A stretch of DNA of 63,899 bases, filler included, from Olpidium bornovanus S191 (GCA_017911155.1; 26 parts of 26 records of this genome joined end to end with filler, not necessarily neighbours in it); one strand, 5' to 3'; shown: positions 33,888 to 47,300, counted from the first letter of the whole stretch. Program-made: numbers and translations. The notes: generated from the letters alone by a model not told the origin.

Positions 33888-36226
33888 AGCTTTCAACCTA
33901 CCTTGGCCTGCGTGTACTTGTCCGAAGAAATGTCGAAAATCGCGTCGGATACGCCCTTTGCCTTCGCAACCAATTGCGCACGAGGGCGGTTATTTGGTGT
34001 GGCGCATGCAATCCCCAGTGAATCTTCCAAGGCCTGGAGAGCCTTCCGTTGCTGGCCAGAACGCCACAGCCACTTGGCGCGTTCGACGTGCGAGCATCTG
34101 GAATCGGCATTTGTCGAGCTGATGACGCCGTTGTAGGCGATCTGCAAGTATCCGGCCTTCCTGGCGGTCTTCGCGCTCTGGAGCCACAGTTTGCAAGTCT
34201 CCCGCCTGATTAAGTCGGCGTCCGGCCGCAGCTTGTCCCTGGAGGTGGCACACGCATGAACGCACGGTCGATAGCCGCCACCAAAACAAGTTTGGGGGCC
34301 TCACCTACTCAATGGTCCTCAGGAGAATGCGCCGAAGGTTCAGCAATGGCTCTCGCACTTTAAACGAGGGGACGGTCATTTCCAAGCGCCTGTCCCAACT
34401 TCGCGTAATTGACGTGAGTTTAGCGTTCACGTCTCCGTTTGCCGGCCTGGTCAGCCCGAAGACAGACGCAATCTCCGACAGCAGGTGAAGCTTGAGAATG
34501 GAGTCGTATCCTCGGCTGTACGACTCCATGCTGGCTGCCGAAAGCGGAGCTATGTGGCTTCGAAGGGATGCGTCTAGGCTAGAAAGAAACCGCGAGTCTT
34601 CATCCTCTTTGATCGCGAGCAGAAGCTCGCCAATGGACGTCTCGAAGCTGCGGTAGTGCGGCTCCTGCAAATATTTGCTCAGCGAGTCCCAGTCGGCCAT
34701 CCGCCAGGAAGCTTCTATGGCGTAAGTATTGACATTCGAGTTCCATTCAGGATGCGAGGACCTCAGGCCTCGCGCGTGGGTGAGCAGCGCATCTGTCATG
34801 GTTAAAACATTTTCGGTTAAAGCTCAGCAGCAGAGATGGACCATATTAAAATATGTGGCTCACCGAACAACCCCAGGTTCCTCAAACAGTTCATCATCCC
34901 CAAATGATGGTCAAGCACATCACCCTCGGTTGTAATTGAAAATTCATAACACGTCAGGGCAGCGGACCATCGCCCGGCGCTTTCATGTTCCAACCTCTGT
35001 TGTTCCAATTGCGCATCTCTGAGCTTTGCGGAAATACCATCCATGCCGTCTGGGTCGTCCACATGGCTATAAATCCGTTGCATTTGCCGGTACCATTGCT
35101 GCATATCTGCGGCCGCCCACGAGGACCAGTGGCCGCGCATGTGCTGCTCCAGATGCATGAGAGCTCTAGCGTAAGCTTTGCAGCAGTACGAAGCGCTGGC
35201 CATTACCTCTTGCGGTATCTTCGAGAGCAGGTTTTGCACCACCGACAATGAACTCTCTTTGTCCGACTCTTCGTCCGCCGATACAAGTTTTCCCATCCGC
35301 CGCGCGAGATCCTGCTTCACACGCAGTGCGTGTTGCTTTTTGAACCGTATCCAACGCGTGAGGTAGTCGAACAAACTGAAAATTGTCTGACGAACGAAAC
35401 TTCTGAGTCAGCGAACAAAGGACTTTGCCCCCTCGCGAAAAATGTGATTCCGGCGCGATCCGGTCGCACCTGAGTGCAAAGCTGCCGTTGCTCGTACGCC
35501 GCGTGGTTCGTAGGGCCGCGATCGTCTTGTAAGATAGATAATATCTCAGAAAGAACCCCTTCTCTTGCGTCTTCGCCGCCGCAGATAAGAACGTTGAGAA
35601 CAATGTGCGGCAGCAAGAACAGCGCAATGCTGGTGTCGCTGCCTTTGACGACGCTGCGACACGCGAAAAACACGCTTCGGGCGTTTTCCCCCACGGTCGC
35701 CTCCATCAAGGAAAGCACCCACGATTGCAGCCAACTGAGAAACGTGACCGTTTTGGGGTAAATGGGGCTTTTGCAGGACGAGAACGGCGCCGTTTCGACG
35801 CTGTAACGCGCGTCCAGAAGGGGAGTGACCGTTTCGACGACCGTTTTCGGAAACCTGTCCCATCGCAGCTTCGCGCGGTTCTGATCATCGCCCAAGACGC
35901 GAGGCGCGTCGCCGCTCGGTGCCTGCTGGTCGGTCCCGACGAGCGCGGAAGTAAACCCGCAGAACTTGAGGAGTTTTTGAATGGCGTACGCAAGGTGATC
36001 CTGGTGATTGACGTCGCGTGCGGACCGGAAAGCTCCGACCAGGCGCTTCTCGATCAGCTTGCAAGCGAAGCTAATGCTCTCTTCCTTGTCGACGAAGTTG
36101 CTGAGCATGATGACGACGTCCTCCACTCGGGAAATTTCGACGCGGCTGGGATCGATCGCGCCGATGAGCCCGATGCATTCGACGGCCAACCTCTGGATGG
36201 CTTGGTCAAAGCCGTTGTAAGTGACG
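33888..36226 (-). CDS. MEC1: ATR/Mec1/Rad3 checkpoint PIKK kinase, internal fragment (around the FAT region)
   Basis: ECIGLIGAIDP, FLLPHIVLNVL, ASYCCKAYARALMHLEQ, IYSHVDDPDGMDGI, AIEASWRMADWD and WLQSAKTARKAGYLQIAY...ERAKWLW. Confidence 0.95.
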
Positions 36227-37048
36227 NNNNNNNNNNNNNNNNNNNNNNNNNNNNNNNNNNNNNNNNNNNNTTAATTAATTAANNNNNNNNNNNNNNNNNN
36301 NNNNNNNNNNNNNNNNNNNNNNNNNNACCGGAGGTTTATTCCCTTCGTGAATATTTCTCCCGTCGGCGCATATCCGGCAAAGCAGGTCCCGCGTGCCTCG
36401 GCCGTGGAAGAGCCTTTCGGCGGGGCCAGCGTCTCCGGGCCGTCATGCGAACCACGAGAGGTCTCGCGGGAAAGCACTGTTTGAGATCCGGCACCGCAGT
36501 GAGGAGAGGCAGTGAGTAAATGTGCGCGAAGGTGAAGAACAGGTTCGTCGTTTACGAATCAAGCATCTTCCTTAGGGACAAGTCTCCGAGAGGAAACCCG
36601 GAAACATCTTGCACGGGTCTCGCAAGAGAATCGTTCCGCTCTGCCCGGACTTGATACAGGCAGACAAGAACTCTTCGGCCCCAATGACGACCACATTTCC
36701 GGCCCACAGGCCGAATTTCCGCACGAGAGTCGCGATTCTGGCGTCGAGTCAAACCACCCCTGCGAAACCACAAATTAATCAATCACGTGACGTCATCCCG
36801 TGCCAAGAGCCGTTGGCTATGCCAAGGATTGCAGCCGTATGCGCTCAAGCTTTGTCGGCGCTATTGGGCCAGTCACGTGACATCACGTGACTCTCCAGAC
36901 CGAGACCTAGCACCGAGGCCTAGTGTGGGCCTGCGTTGGTTCCAAGAACACCAATGTGGTGGCATCGCTACCGGAGAATTTCCCCCTTGGAATATTCTCT
37001 GAGCCAAAGGCTAGGTACCAGGTCCACGCCCGGACGCGCGGCACGCCA

Positions 37049-37220
37049 CGTCCCACGTAGGCCCGCTACCTAGATCGCACGCCCTGCGGCGCCCGTCGCC
37101 TTTGCGCGCTCGCGCGCGTCTGCGCCCCGCACGCACAAAAGGCGTGCGTCACGCGCGCGCATTTGGGGGTTTCCTACCGATCCAGATCCTAGATCCAGAC
37201 CTAGACCCAGAGCCAGAACC
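37049..37220 (+). repeat. Dispersed repeat head, copy B (homologous to 25472-25613)
   Basis: See copy A; about 28 of 34 positions match in the first block. Confidence 0.75.
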
Positions 37221-37239
37221 GTGAATAATTCCAGATAGC

Positions 37240-37945
37240 GCCACGCGCAGATTCAGCATTTTCACGCGTTACATTCAGACTCATAATCCTACGCAGATTC
37301 AGGAGGCGCAGGCTCCGACGCGGACTCCGACGCAAAATTCCGAGGCGATCTCGGACGCAGAATCCGATGCGGATTCAGCCGCAAAGTCCCAGCGCAGATC
37401 CCGAAGCAGAATTTTGTGACGCAGATCCGGACGCAGAATTTTCGAACGAAACGCAGAATGCGACGCTGATCCAGACGCAGAATCAGACGCAGAAATTTCG
37501 ACTGCAGATTCTGATATGACGCAGATTGCGGCGCAGAATTCGACGCGGATTCGGGTGCAGAACTTGCACAGAATACTACGTAGATTTTGACACAAGAGGT
37601 CGACGTGTATTTTGACGCAGAATCCGAGCAGATTTAGACGCAAGATTTGGGCGCAGAATCCGACGTAGATTTTAGACGCGGAATCCACGGAGAATCCAAA
37701 TGCAGATTCAGGTGCAGAGTTCAAGCGGATTCCGATGCAGAATTTAAAGCAAATTCGAATGCAAGTTTTGGCAGAGGTTTTTTCAGACGCAGAAAATAAA
37801 ACAGAACTTGGCACCGATTCAGACGCAGATTCAAAGACTCAGATTCAAGATGCAAATTCAAACGCAGATTCAGACGCAGAATCTGACGCAGAATCCAACG
37901 CAACGCAGGTTCAGAAGCAAAACTTCAAAGTGAAACTCTATGTAG
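37240..37945 (+). repeat. Degenerate 12-bp minisatellite, consensus GACGCAGA(A/T)TC(C/A)
   Basis: Dozens of GCAGAATC/GCAGATTC variants. Reads as D-A-(E/D)-S tetrapeptides, but the frame shifts repeatedly. Confidence 0.8.
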
Positions 37946-37949
37946 ATAC

Positions 37950-38080
37950 TGACGCGGACAACGTATAGCTCTCTCTTTTTTGTATTGACGAGAAGAGGAG
38001 GAGAGACGGAGGGGAAGGAATGCGGCATGCGTGGCGTTTATGTGCGTGGTCACGTGACCGGCTGGTCAAAATCTACGTCA
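37950..38080 (-). mobile_element. 131-bp 3' LTR of a copia element
   Basis: Terminal inverted repeats TGACG...CGTCA; PPT GAGAGGGGG (38081-38089, minus strand) directly upstream; lies about 130 nt after the pol stop. Confidence 0.8.
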
Positions 38081-38212
38081 CCCCCTCTCGAACTGGCGTG
38101 GGTGTTAAGTAAAAGGATACATAACAGTGGATGTGGAATGGGGACTATAACGGGAGGTGATGTTGGTGAGGGGAACATCTGCTGTGGGCACCCTTGGCGC
38201 CAAGCGCACCCT

Positions 38213-39193
38213 TCACGCCATCATGGTCAAAGTATCAACCATTCCCAGCTCCCCTCTGCACTCGCGGAAGCGTTGTGTTGGCGGTTTCGTCAGCGTGTCG
38301 GCGGTGTTGTTTGCCGTCGGCACGCGCACCATCTCAAGATCTCCACGATCGACGGCGTCGTGCACGTAATGGAAGCGAACGCCAATATGTCGCGACCGAG
38401 GGTTGTAGCTTGCCTTTGTCGCAAGGTGGCGAGCGCCCTCGTTGTCGATGTAGATGAAGGTTGGTGGTAACCAGATGCTCTTGTTGTTCTTGTCGGGGAC
38501 GAAGTAGCCGAGTGTTTTGAGGGCTAGCCGTCGTAACCAGACTGCTTTGCGAGCAGCGTCGCTTGCAGCGATGTACTCAGCTTCGCAACTTGAAAGCGCA
38601 ACACATGGTTGCTTACGTGATTTCCAGATTATTGGTGCTGCGAGCAAGAAGAGAACGAACCCAGTGCGGCTCTTGCGATCGGTGGTGTCGCCGGCCCAAT
38701 CCGAGTCTGTAAAGCCTATGAGCGACGTTGCCGCGCTGATTAACTCACCGTCGGTATTGCGTGTAGTGCTTTGGTGAGGGAAGAACAGTCCATAAGCCGC
38801 AGTGCCGATAAGGTATCGAAGGACTCTCTTTGCTGTACCCATGTGCGCACGCGAGGGGTTGCTGTTGTATTGGGACAGCACTGATACCGCATGCACGATG
38901 TCAGGCCGCGTGCACATTTCCAAGTAGAGCAAGGAATCGACCATCTCAAGATATCGCTTGGAGTCGGTGGCCTCTTTGCCCTCTGAACGAGGAAACAGAC
39001 GTAGACCCGGCTCCATTGGCGTCGCTGTCGGAGTCGCTCCCGTCATCAAGAATCGTTCGGCTAATTGTCGGATGTAGTGTTCCTGGTCGAGAGCGATGCC
39101 ACGCTCAGAGCGAGTGATTCGGATGCCGAGCAGAAATGACGCTGGTGACCAGCCGACGGTCTCGAACTTCTGATGCAGGGCTTCTTGTTCATG
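38213..39193 (-). mobile_element. Ty1/copia pol C-terminus (RT thumb plus RNase H), uninterrupted frame
   Basis: TRPDIVHAVSVLSQY, GFTDSDWAGDTTDRKSRTG, WKSRKQPCVALSSCEAEYIA, IDNEGA...RSRHIGVRFHYV and NTADTLTKP. Open from the contig edge to the stop at 38213. Confidence 0.96.
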
Positions 39194-40599
39194 NNNNNNN
39201 NNNNNNNNNNNNNNNNNNNNNNNNNNNNNNNNNNNNNTTAATTAATTAANNNNNNNNNNNNNNNNNNNNNNNNNNNNNNNNNNNNNNNNNNNNCACTACG
39301 CTAAATTTAACCTTCATTGATTGGCTATGCTGCTCTCTAGTTCCCTGAGCATATAATGCCAATAATCTGCGGTGAATGTTCTGGTAGAGGGATTTGGACC
39401 CACAGTCCTTCATGGTATCATGAAAGGGCAAGGCCATTATCTCATCTGGCCAAAGCATAGGATTATCTATGCAGGACTATTGCCAGCACGACGTCCCAGA
39501 CTTCTGCAGTAAACACCATCGACATGGTGGATTGACGTTCAAGGAATAAAGTGCTCCCTAACTAAACTCATATAATGGGCACCTTCGGTGACTTGGAAGC
39601 GGAAAGCGCTGGACAACATCCACAGCGGACGGCCCGACCAAAATGTCTGGAACGCCGGCCCGTGAACTGTACGAACTGCCACCTCCGAACACAAAAACCG
39701 ATATACCTGGCAGACATTCACCCGTCACCGTGCAGCCAGGGTTCCGTCGACTTGCTGGCTCAAACTTCCATTCTCTTCGAGTCCGTCCTTGTCCGCTCGG
39801 AACTTGTCAACACCGGGCCTTCAACCACATCCTCAATTTCCGGGTCTTTTTTGTTTGCCGCAATGTTCAGGTCCCTTTACAGCGATTTCAAGAATAAGTA
39901 CTGCGGTTTCACTGGTAAGGATAAATTGACCCATAAAAAACATTCACCTGCCGCTGTGTCGGGAGGTTCTAGTTTGGAAAGGCGCGTGAAACAGCCTTGT
40001 TCCGCTTGTCAACCGCGAGGGCTCCATGCTCACGGATCTCGGCGCGAATCTTTTCAATGCTCGCACGAAGAGTAGAGCTCACAGCAGTTCCGCCTTAGAC
40101 GGACAACGTAGAGTATAAATATTATTTCGGTCGTATGCTTTGGAACATCGTCGAATTAAAATAACAAAATCTGCAGTATTTACTCAATCTAGCTGTAGGA
40201 TGGGCGTCGCAGAGGGAATTTCGGCGGCCTGCCGTCTTCGGCTGACAGATCAAATGAAAAGCTGTGCGCGTCAATAATTACACGCAGAGGATTGCTTGTC
40301 TGCAGAAAGCGTAGAGCAACTAACCGCTTGCCGTATTGAAAACCACGGGAGTGGCTTACACAACGACGTTGCCCTTTGTGCAAAAAGCACACATTCCTGA
40401 TATTAGAGTCTGTAATGATGACGTCTCGGTGCATTAGAAATGTTCCTACTGCACGAACCCGCCCTCACCTAGCTGTGAATTCTGCGCTTGACCGCAAAAC
40501 CTTGCGTCTGGTGAGCGTTGCGGATGACAGCGTCGAAAAATCAGCAGCGTGTTTCACCGGTTCGAGTTTGGCATTGCAGGCATTTACAAAGGCAGCTAG

Positions 40600-42549
40600 C
40601 AAACACACCGCAACTCCAGATCTTTATATTGGGCCGCAATCCGCTCTTCCGTCTCTCGTAACCTCTTCCGTAGTGCGTGAATGGTGGTGCGGATGATCTT
40701 CCTCTGGTTGCGGACGGTCTCCAACGTGGCGTTGGCGCACTCCGGGACGGCAGCCGACGTCGCGGACAACAACTCAAGTTTGCACATAAGGTTGAAAATG
40801 TCGACGAAGGCCAGTCGAAAGGTGGGCAGCAATGCAGAAAGTGAATCATCATTTTCCGCGTACGGAGAAGGCTACAGGGAGAAAAAAAGTTTGAAGCCTC
40901 AGCTTTACAATCATTCAGCAATTCGTAAAAACAAGCCGACCCGTCCCCCATCTGACAATGCGTTAGACAGATTCTTTTATTCGCACCTGCCGCAGCAGCC
41001 CTCCGGATCCGGGATTGACTGCGTCGCGGTGAAAATCACCGTTGCTGTCGTTAGCACTGTGATACTTGAAAAAACCTAACAAGAAGCAGTCAACCGAGCC
41101 GAAACCCTACAAATTATTTCCGCAAATTCTTCTTAGCCCGCAGATGACACACCTCGCCTATCTCTGCTCTTTGTTGCCCACGTCAAGAGGCCCAACCAGA
41201 CATTCTCCGCGTCCTGCGCTTGCAGCCGCGCGCAGGTAGCTAGCCGGTCAAAGTCCGCTATGTGATTATCGGAGAGACCCCCTAGGCCACGGTTTTTGAT
41301 GCATGTAGTCCGCACAGTTGACATCGACGTGAGGGGCTCCTGTCGACTTGGGCTTTGAGAAATAACTACATCGTATTTGATGGCGTTCCGGAGATTCGTG
41401 ACCTCTGCCTAGGCCAAAGGGGTAGTGCAGCGGGGTCGTCGTCAAGCAGTCGCCCCGAAGGACGGCTTCTTGGCTATCGCTGCCCTTGTTTTTTCGTCGC
41501 CCACCTGACTTTCCTCGCTGGCCAGCCAGAAACTCGTTATCTTTTCTGCAATTTGATTGTAACGTTTCTGGGTTTCCAGCTCCCGGCGCGCGCCATCCGC
41601 CGTCCTGTCCATTTCCAACTGGATGCTCAGCCTGAGCATGCTCGCCAGTTCAGCCTGACGTTCCGGATCCACGAAATCGACCGGAACGGAACAAGCTGTC
41701 GGCAATGTACGTCGAATGCTGAAGCGTCAATCAGATCGTCCTGCGACCGGTTAATCGAACACTTCGGGAGTTCCGCTTCCCTACCGGGGGCAAAGTCCGG
41801 AGCAAAGTCGCGCTCAAGGACAACTTCGACGACGTGGTTGGATAAACACAGCATCAACTCATCGAATCTGCCCATTTGGGGTTACAGCCCAGCATCAGCA
41901 TGGCGCTCTAGAACGCTTCCGCAAAGAAAAATTCTTCCACTTCGGCACCTTTCGCCCTTGCATTCGTCCAGGTACGAACGGCGGACGGCCACATCCCAGG
42001 GTATATGTCCAGCCTTTTTGAGAGCTTCCAGCCACTTGTACACGACGTTCCGGAATTCGCGGCCTACCGCGCGATCCGAGATGGGCCAGCAATGAGCAAA
42101 GCGCTGCGGGGTTTGCGCCAGCATCCGGAAACGACAGCCGAGTTAAAAACGTCGAGTCAGTCGTGTTTTCTCCACGCGGGAATCGCGTCCGCGTCCCAAG
42201 TCGCCGATGGCCAGATCGGATTGCCCGACGAGCATGTCGGTAACAGACAAACGAGTGATGCTCCACATACGACCGCGGTCTCCAGCGCGTCGAAATTCCA
42301 GTGCAGAAACCATATCGCGGCTTCCATTGCCTTGAACCGTACGGTTGGATTGCTGGAGAAGAAGGCGTCCCTGGCCGAGATGTCCTCCGCGAAAAGAGGC
42401 CGCACAGCGGGTGCCGTCCGCTTGGCCCGGGCGTCCTCGCAACCCGCACCCGCGTCGGTTTTAGCGTCTCCGCGGCTGAACTCTTCAAACCCCAAGAGAG
42501 CGAGGTTGGTGAAGCATCGCGTCCGCATGCGCAGTCCCTCGTCACACAT
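40600..42549 (-). CDS. HAUS6: Augmin subunit HAUS6/Dgt6-like, multi-exon; 3' boundary uncertain
   Basis: FTNLALLGF, KAMEAAIWFL and CWPISDRAVGREFRNVVYKWLEALKKAG...RRSYLDECKGE|RFDELMLCLSNHV match the HAUS6 N-terminal pattern; coiled-coil exons follow. Confidence 0.72.
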
Positions 42550-43253
42550 TCCCCGCGCGGGCGTCGGAGATGAAAATCAGGGAGTCTTCGCTGTCGGCTC
42601 CCGGTTGGCCGGCTCGACACAGGCGGGACAAGGTAGGCGTCAACGACGGTTTAAGTCCGGGACCGCGCGGGCCTCCGAAACGGCTGAGCGCGCAGAGGAG
42701 CGGGGGCGGAGGGAGGGGGTCGAGAACGGACGGCGGCGGCGTGCGAGCGTGAGCGGTGCAGGGAGGGCCGGCGGGCGGGGCTTGGGTGCAAGGCTCGCGG
42801 CTGGAACACACCGGACCACCGTCGGGCCACACACAGAGCAGGAGAGCGGGTGAGGGACGCCGTGAAATCGCGGCAGCGAAGAAGAGCAATCCCGCTGTCG
42901 CGAGACGGAGCGTCTGTTACTTTTGCGACTTCTGCCCCTGTCCAACCTCCACATCTGGCGCTGACACGTTCTATGATTGCGCTTTGCACTCTCCGCGATG
43001 GCGAACGGATGAGTAAGGAACGATGAGCCGACGAGAGCAGCGGACGTTGTGGCAATCAGGTGACAGTCAGAAATGAGCGGCACCGAGACGAATTTGTCAT
43101 TTCGTAATTCAAAACACCTGTGTCGGTTGGCTCACTGAATTTTTAGAGTCAGGAAGGGGACGGTAAATGCTATCTTTTTGGTAGAACCTGCGTTTTGGAA
43201 TCGGATGGCGGGATCGCCGACGGCGACCGAGGTGTTTGCAGAAAAACCCGCAA

Positions 43254-43542
43254 TCAACGCGGAAAAAGGGCAGCCACGATGGAAGCCATAAGGAAGACCA
43301 GAAAACATTCAAAGTAAGGGCGCACGGATTGATGCGCCGCGCTGGGAAATCCGGCCACTATAGTCGCCGAAGCCGACGTTGCTGTCGACGCTTTAGCACT
43401 TGAAGTTGAGGTCGAAGTTGCCATGACGTTTGTTGTGGTCGCATCGGTGACGGTGGTATTGATGAAGGTACCCCCTCTGTACATCGGCCAGGGCGGATTC
43501 GCTAGGCATTGCTCAATGGTGGTCACTTTGTAGCCCATCGCC
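43254..43542 (-). CDS. C-terminal end of a probable GPI-anchored chitin/polysaccharide deacetylase (CE4)
   Basis: GYKVTTIEQCL is typical of the end of a fungal NodB domain; it is followed by a Thr/Ser-rich stalk and a hydrophobic GPI-type tail, FECFLVFLMASIVAALF. Confidence 0.6.
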
Positions 43543-44387
43543 NNNNNNNNNNNNNNNNNNNNNNNNNNNNNNNNNNNNNNNNNNNNTTAATTAATTAANN
43601 NNNNNNNNNNNNNNNNNNNNNNNNNNNNNNNNNNNNNNNNNNGAGCCGCAGCGCGGGGCCGAACGGTCGTCGTGGCCGGACTGGAAACGGGCGGAGACGG
43701 TTGAATGAGCGAAGGCGCGTGGATCAAGTTTTGCGTCGCTTCTTGCGGTATGCATCATCATGGCTCGGCTGGGTCGCCGGCCAATGCTGGGCATGGGTTG
43801 CGGCCGCGAAGCCGGCACTACTTTTGTTGTATTATGTAGGTGGAAATTTAATCCGCGTATGCATGTATAAAATTCATCCTCGAGTGAACAATAATTACGG
43901 TGCAAACAATAATTGGCCACGCCCGAACGTTCGATGCACGCAAAAGCGTTCGCGCGGGGCGGATTCTGCGGGCGCTTGCCGCTTTCGTTCAAGCGGGGGT
44001 GCGACGGAGCGCGCGCCTTCTGCCGGTTGCGAGGAAAACCGTTCAGGGCGGGGGATTTCCCGCCAGAACAACCAAAAAAAAAAAAAAAAACGGGGTTTTT
44101 GTTGTTACGCATCAAAAAGTGAGCCGACCGAGAGGCAAACTCGAGACCTTCTCCTACCCGGAGGGATGCTCTGCCGTTGAGCTATCCGCTCTTCGCACCA
44201 GGTGTCTGGCTCGCCCTGCGAAGCCAAATTCCAGCAGGTTTTTTTTTTCCACTGCTCTCCCACCCGAATTTCTCCTTCCGCCGTTGGGGACGAGAATTGA
44301 AAGGCGGGAAAAGAAGGAAAAAAAAAAAAAAAAAACCCCGGGAAGGGAAACGACGCGAGGAGCAAGTCCTTCCCCTCCCCGCGCAGC

Positions 44388-47300
44388 ATGTTTCCCGATC
44401 ACGCCCGCGTGACCCGCGCGCGGACAGCCTCTTCGGGGGCCGCAGAGAGCGCGCGCCGGGGTGACAGGGCCGCCGCCGTGGCTCAGGAGGAGCACGTTGC
44501 CGGGAGAAGGAACGCGCCGAGGAGAGCAGCAGCCGCCGCGGCCGCGGCCAGGGCGGCCGGCTCGAACCGCGTTGGCAGTTCGCGCGCCGGCGAGGCCCGC
44601 GGCAGGATGGCCGAGGCGCGCAGGGCAGCGGGGAAGGAGCGCAGGGGCCAGGCGGAACAGGACGGTGGAGGCGCCCCCGCGGGGAAAACGCCTGGCGGCC
44701 GGGTGCTCGCGTCGCCAAACGCCCCCCCCGACACGCAGTTTTCAGAACACAGGTGGGCCGCCCGTGGAGGCCGGTTCTCTTATCGCCAGCACCTCTATCC
44801 GCCTCACCACCGTCGTTTCCGTTGACCAGTTGCGTTGACCGTAACCACACGTCAATGCAATTTTTTGTTTAAACCCCGAATGCGCCGTAGAATCGAAGGG
44901 CCAGCGACGCCCACTCCTAGGAATTTCGGATCAGTCAAATCGCTGGCGGTCGAAAACGAAGAGAACGCCTCTCCAGATAAAGTGCGTCAGCGCCGTTTGT
45001 GAACGGGCTGTTTGGGCGCTAGCCAGCGGGCTTTGAGATTGCGATGTTGAACACGACTGCCCTGTCTATCCAGCGGTCAGCCGCAGCGGCCGAGATGCGC
45101 AGACAAAGCCACAGTTCTGGCTTACGACGGAGTTCGCGTCGTCGAACGCCTGCTTCTTCTGGTGGTACGTCGTCATTGCTCGAGCACTTTGCCGACGTCT
45201 TTGTCTCAGCTCATCGGCCCAGCAGAAACGCCGAAGACAGGAGTGCTTTCGGGTACGCGGAAAGCGCCAGCGAAGCGGAAAAAGGATTCCGGGAAGTCAA
45301 CTCCCGGTGACTCTTGCCAGCCAGACACGTACCTTTACGGTATGGTGAAGGAGAGAAAGCAATTGCAATCGACCAGGCATAGAATTGGCATTAAGTGTTC
45401 ATTTCCCCCCGTGATTGCGTTTAGATTTCATGCTACAGGCAAATTCACCGTTGGATCAAGTAGTGACGGACTGGTTGGAGATGTATTCTGGCGACCAGAT
45501 TGGCCCTCTCCTGCAGCTAGTTAATTTTCTTGTCCACGTACGTGGCAACTGTGAGATTTCACCTCAGAATCTAAATACACTGCGACTGATTGCACATCGC
45601 CACAGTGCTCTGGATTGCGTGAGGTCATCACGAGAGACCACTTCGAGAACGAGGAAGTCGTGGACGTCCTATCGATAATGCAAGAACACTTTGACCAGGT
45701 TGGAACCCTCGCGCGAAGCCTGGCTTATCGCTTTTTCTTATAACAAGTTCCACATTGCTTAACTGAGAAAATGGACAAAAAGGATCTGCATCAAGACTAC
45801 CCGCTGATTTCGAAATCGAAACAATACAAAAGGTTTCGGTATAACGTTGTTAATTTTATGAACAAGCTTATCAAGGGCGCGAGGGTGGCTTGTCTAAGCG
45901 ACGGTGTCTTTATAGACACCTTTCAGACCTGGGTGATTGCGATGTCGAGGTTTGTCCAGTGTGTCCGGGAGTCGATGTGTGATCTTAAACTAAAGTCGTC
46001 TGAAATACTCGCGCCTTGCTGATCCTCGTTGCAGTTCTCCTTTCCGCCCGTTCCGCCACACTGCCGCTGTCATTGGTTTGGCTGTAACCACGGCTTTGTG
46101 CGAACTCGGCCAGGCGGTCGCGAAGGCGCTGGCTGTAGCCGAACGTCAGCTAGGCACCGAAAAAAAGAATGCCACTCCAGGCGGGTTGCGAAACAAGGAG
46201 CGAGCTCTAGAAAACAAAGTTCGGGATTTGCAGCAAGAAAAGGGAAGACTGATCGGTTTTATAAAAGGACTGTTTGAGGGGTATGGAAGCGGCTTAGGTC
46301 GACTTTGGAGATGCAGCGTGTTCGTATATAGTTTGAGAAACCAAGCTAAACGACAAAATGCCGCCGGATCCCCAGGATCTTTATTTTGCGCTACAGGGAC
46401 GTCGATCCGGCCATACGTTCTGACTGCATCACCGAATTGGCGTCTTGGATGACGATTTTTCCCGAATATTTCCTAAGTGATCAGCTTATGAAATATATTG
46501 GCTGGCTGCTTTCGGACAAAGTAAAAGCCGCCACAAACGAACGTGGAGTTGTAATAAACGAGCTCAGGTTAACTTCGAGAATCTCTAGGTCGCGCATGTG
46601 CGCATCGCCGCTCTGAAGGCCACAACGCAGCTCGTGGAAAAACCGGCCCAGTCGACTGCAAGTAGTGTGCTGCGCCGCTTTTTCCAGCGGTTCCACGGCC
46701 GGATTGTGGACATGACGCTACGGGAGTCGGACTTGCACGTGCGCGCCACCGCCCTTGCCCTCTGCGCAATCGCCGGTCAACACGGCCATTTGCTTGAATC
46801 GGATGCGGAGGACTTGTGCCCGCTGGTTTTTCACAGCAACTTCGAGGTGCGCCGTGGCGTCGCTCCTTTCTTCGCCAGCGTCCTCGAAGGCGAAGTTACC
46901 GAAGCTGTCTCTGCAGTCGAGGCCCGCGTCGGGGACGACGTTGACATTGACGAAGACAAGGTCAAGCTTAAGGTCGTCGTGACCTTACTTGCGCGCTACG
47001 GGAACCGGGTTAAAGCCCAGGCGCTTTTGAAAGAGGACGAGTCAATGGACGAGGAGGAAGACTCGGAGGCGATGGACAAAGGATCGGGAATTTTGGAAGA
47101 CCCGGATGACGCAGGCGTGCCGTTTGGCGGACGTATCGGGAAGGCTGTGGAGGCCATTTGGTCGGCCACGCCCATTCTCCATGTGGGATGGCGGGTTGCA
47201 TTCTTAAGGGCCGGACTGTACGAGAGGATCGTGGACACAATCTTTTGACAACGTGCCGTTTCTCCTTTTGCAGAGGTGGGCTCTGCTGTTGAACTACGCC

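Noticed and set aside
37981-38208. Alternative copia LTR boundaries directly after the pol stop
   Set aside because: 37950-38080 fits better, with 5-bp terminal inverted repeats and a proper GAGAGGGGG PPT.
39294-39460. Possible gypsy integrase zinc-finger relic (FHDTMKDCGSKSLYQNIHRR)
   Set aside because: The His and Cys ligands are largely missing; too weak to support.
44558-44570. Pol III B-box-like GGTTCGAGCC on the minus strand
   Set aside because: It lies inside the SCC3 coding region with no A-box or cloverleaf.
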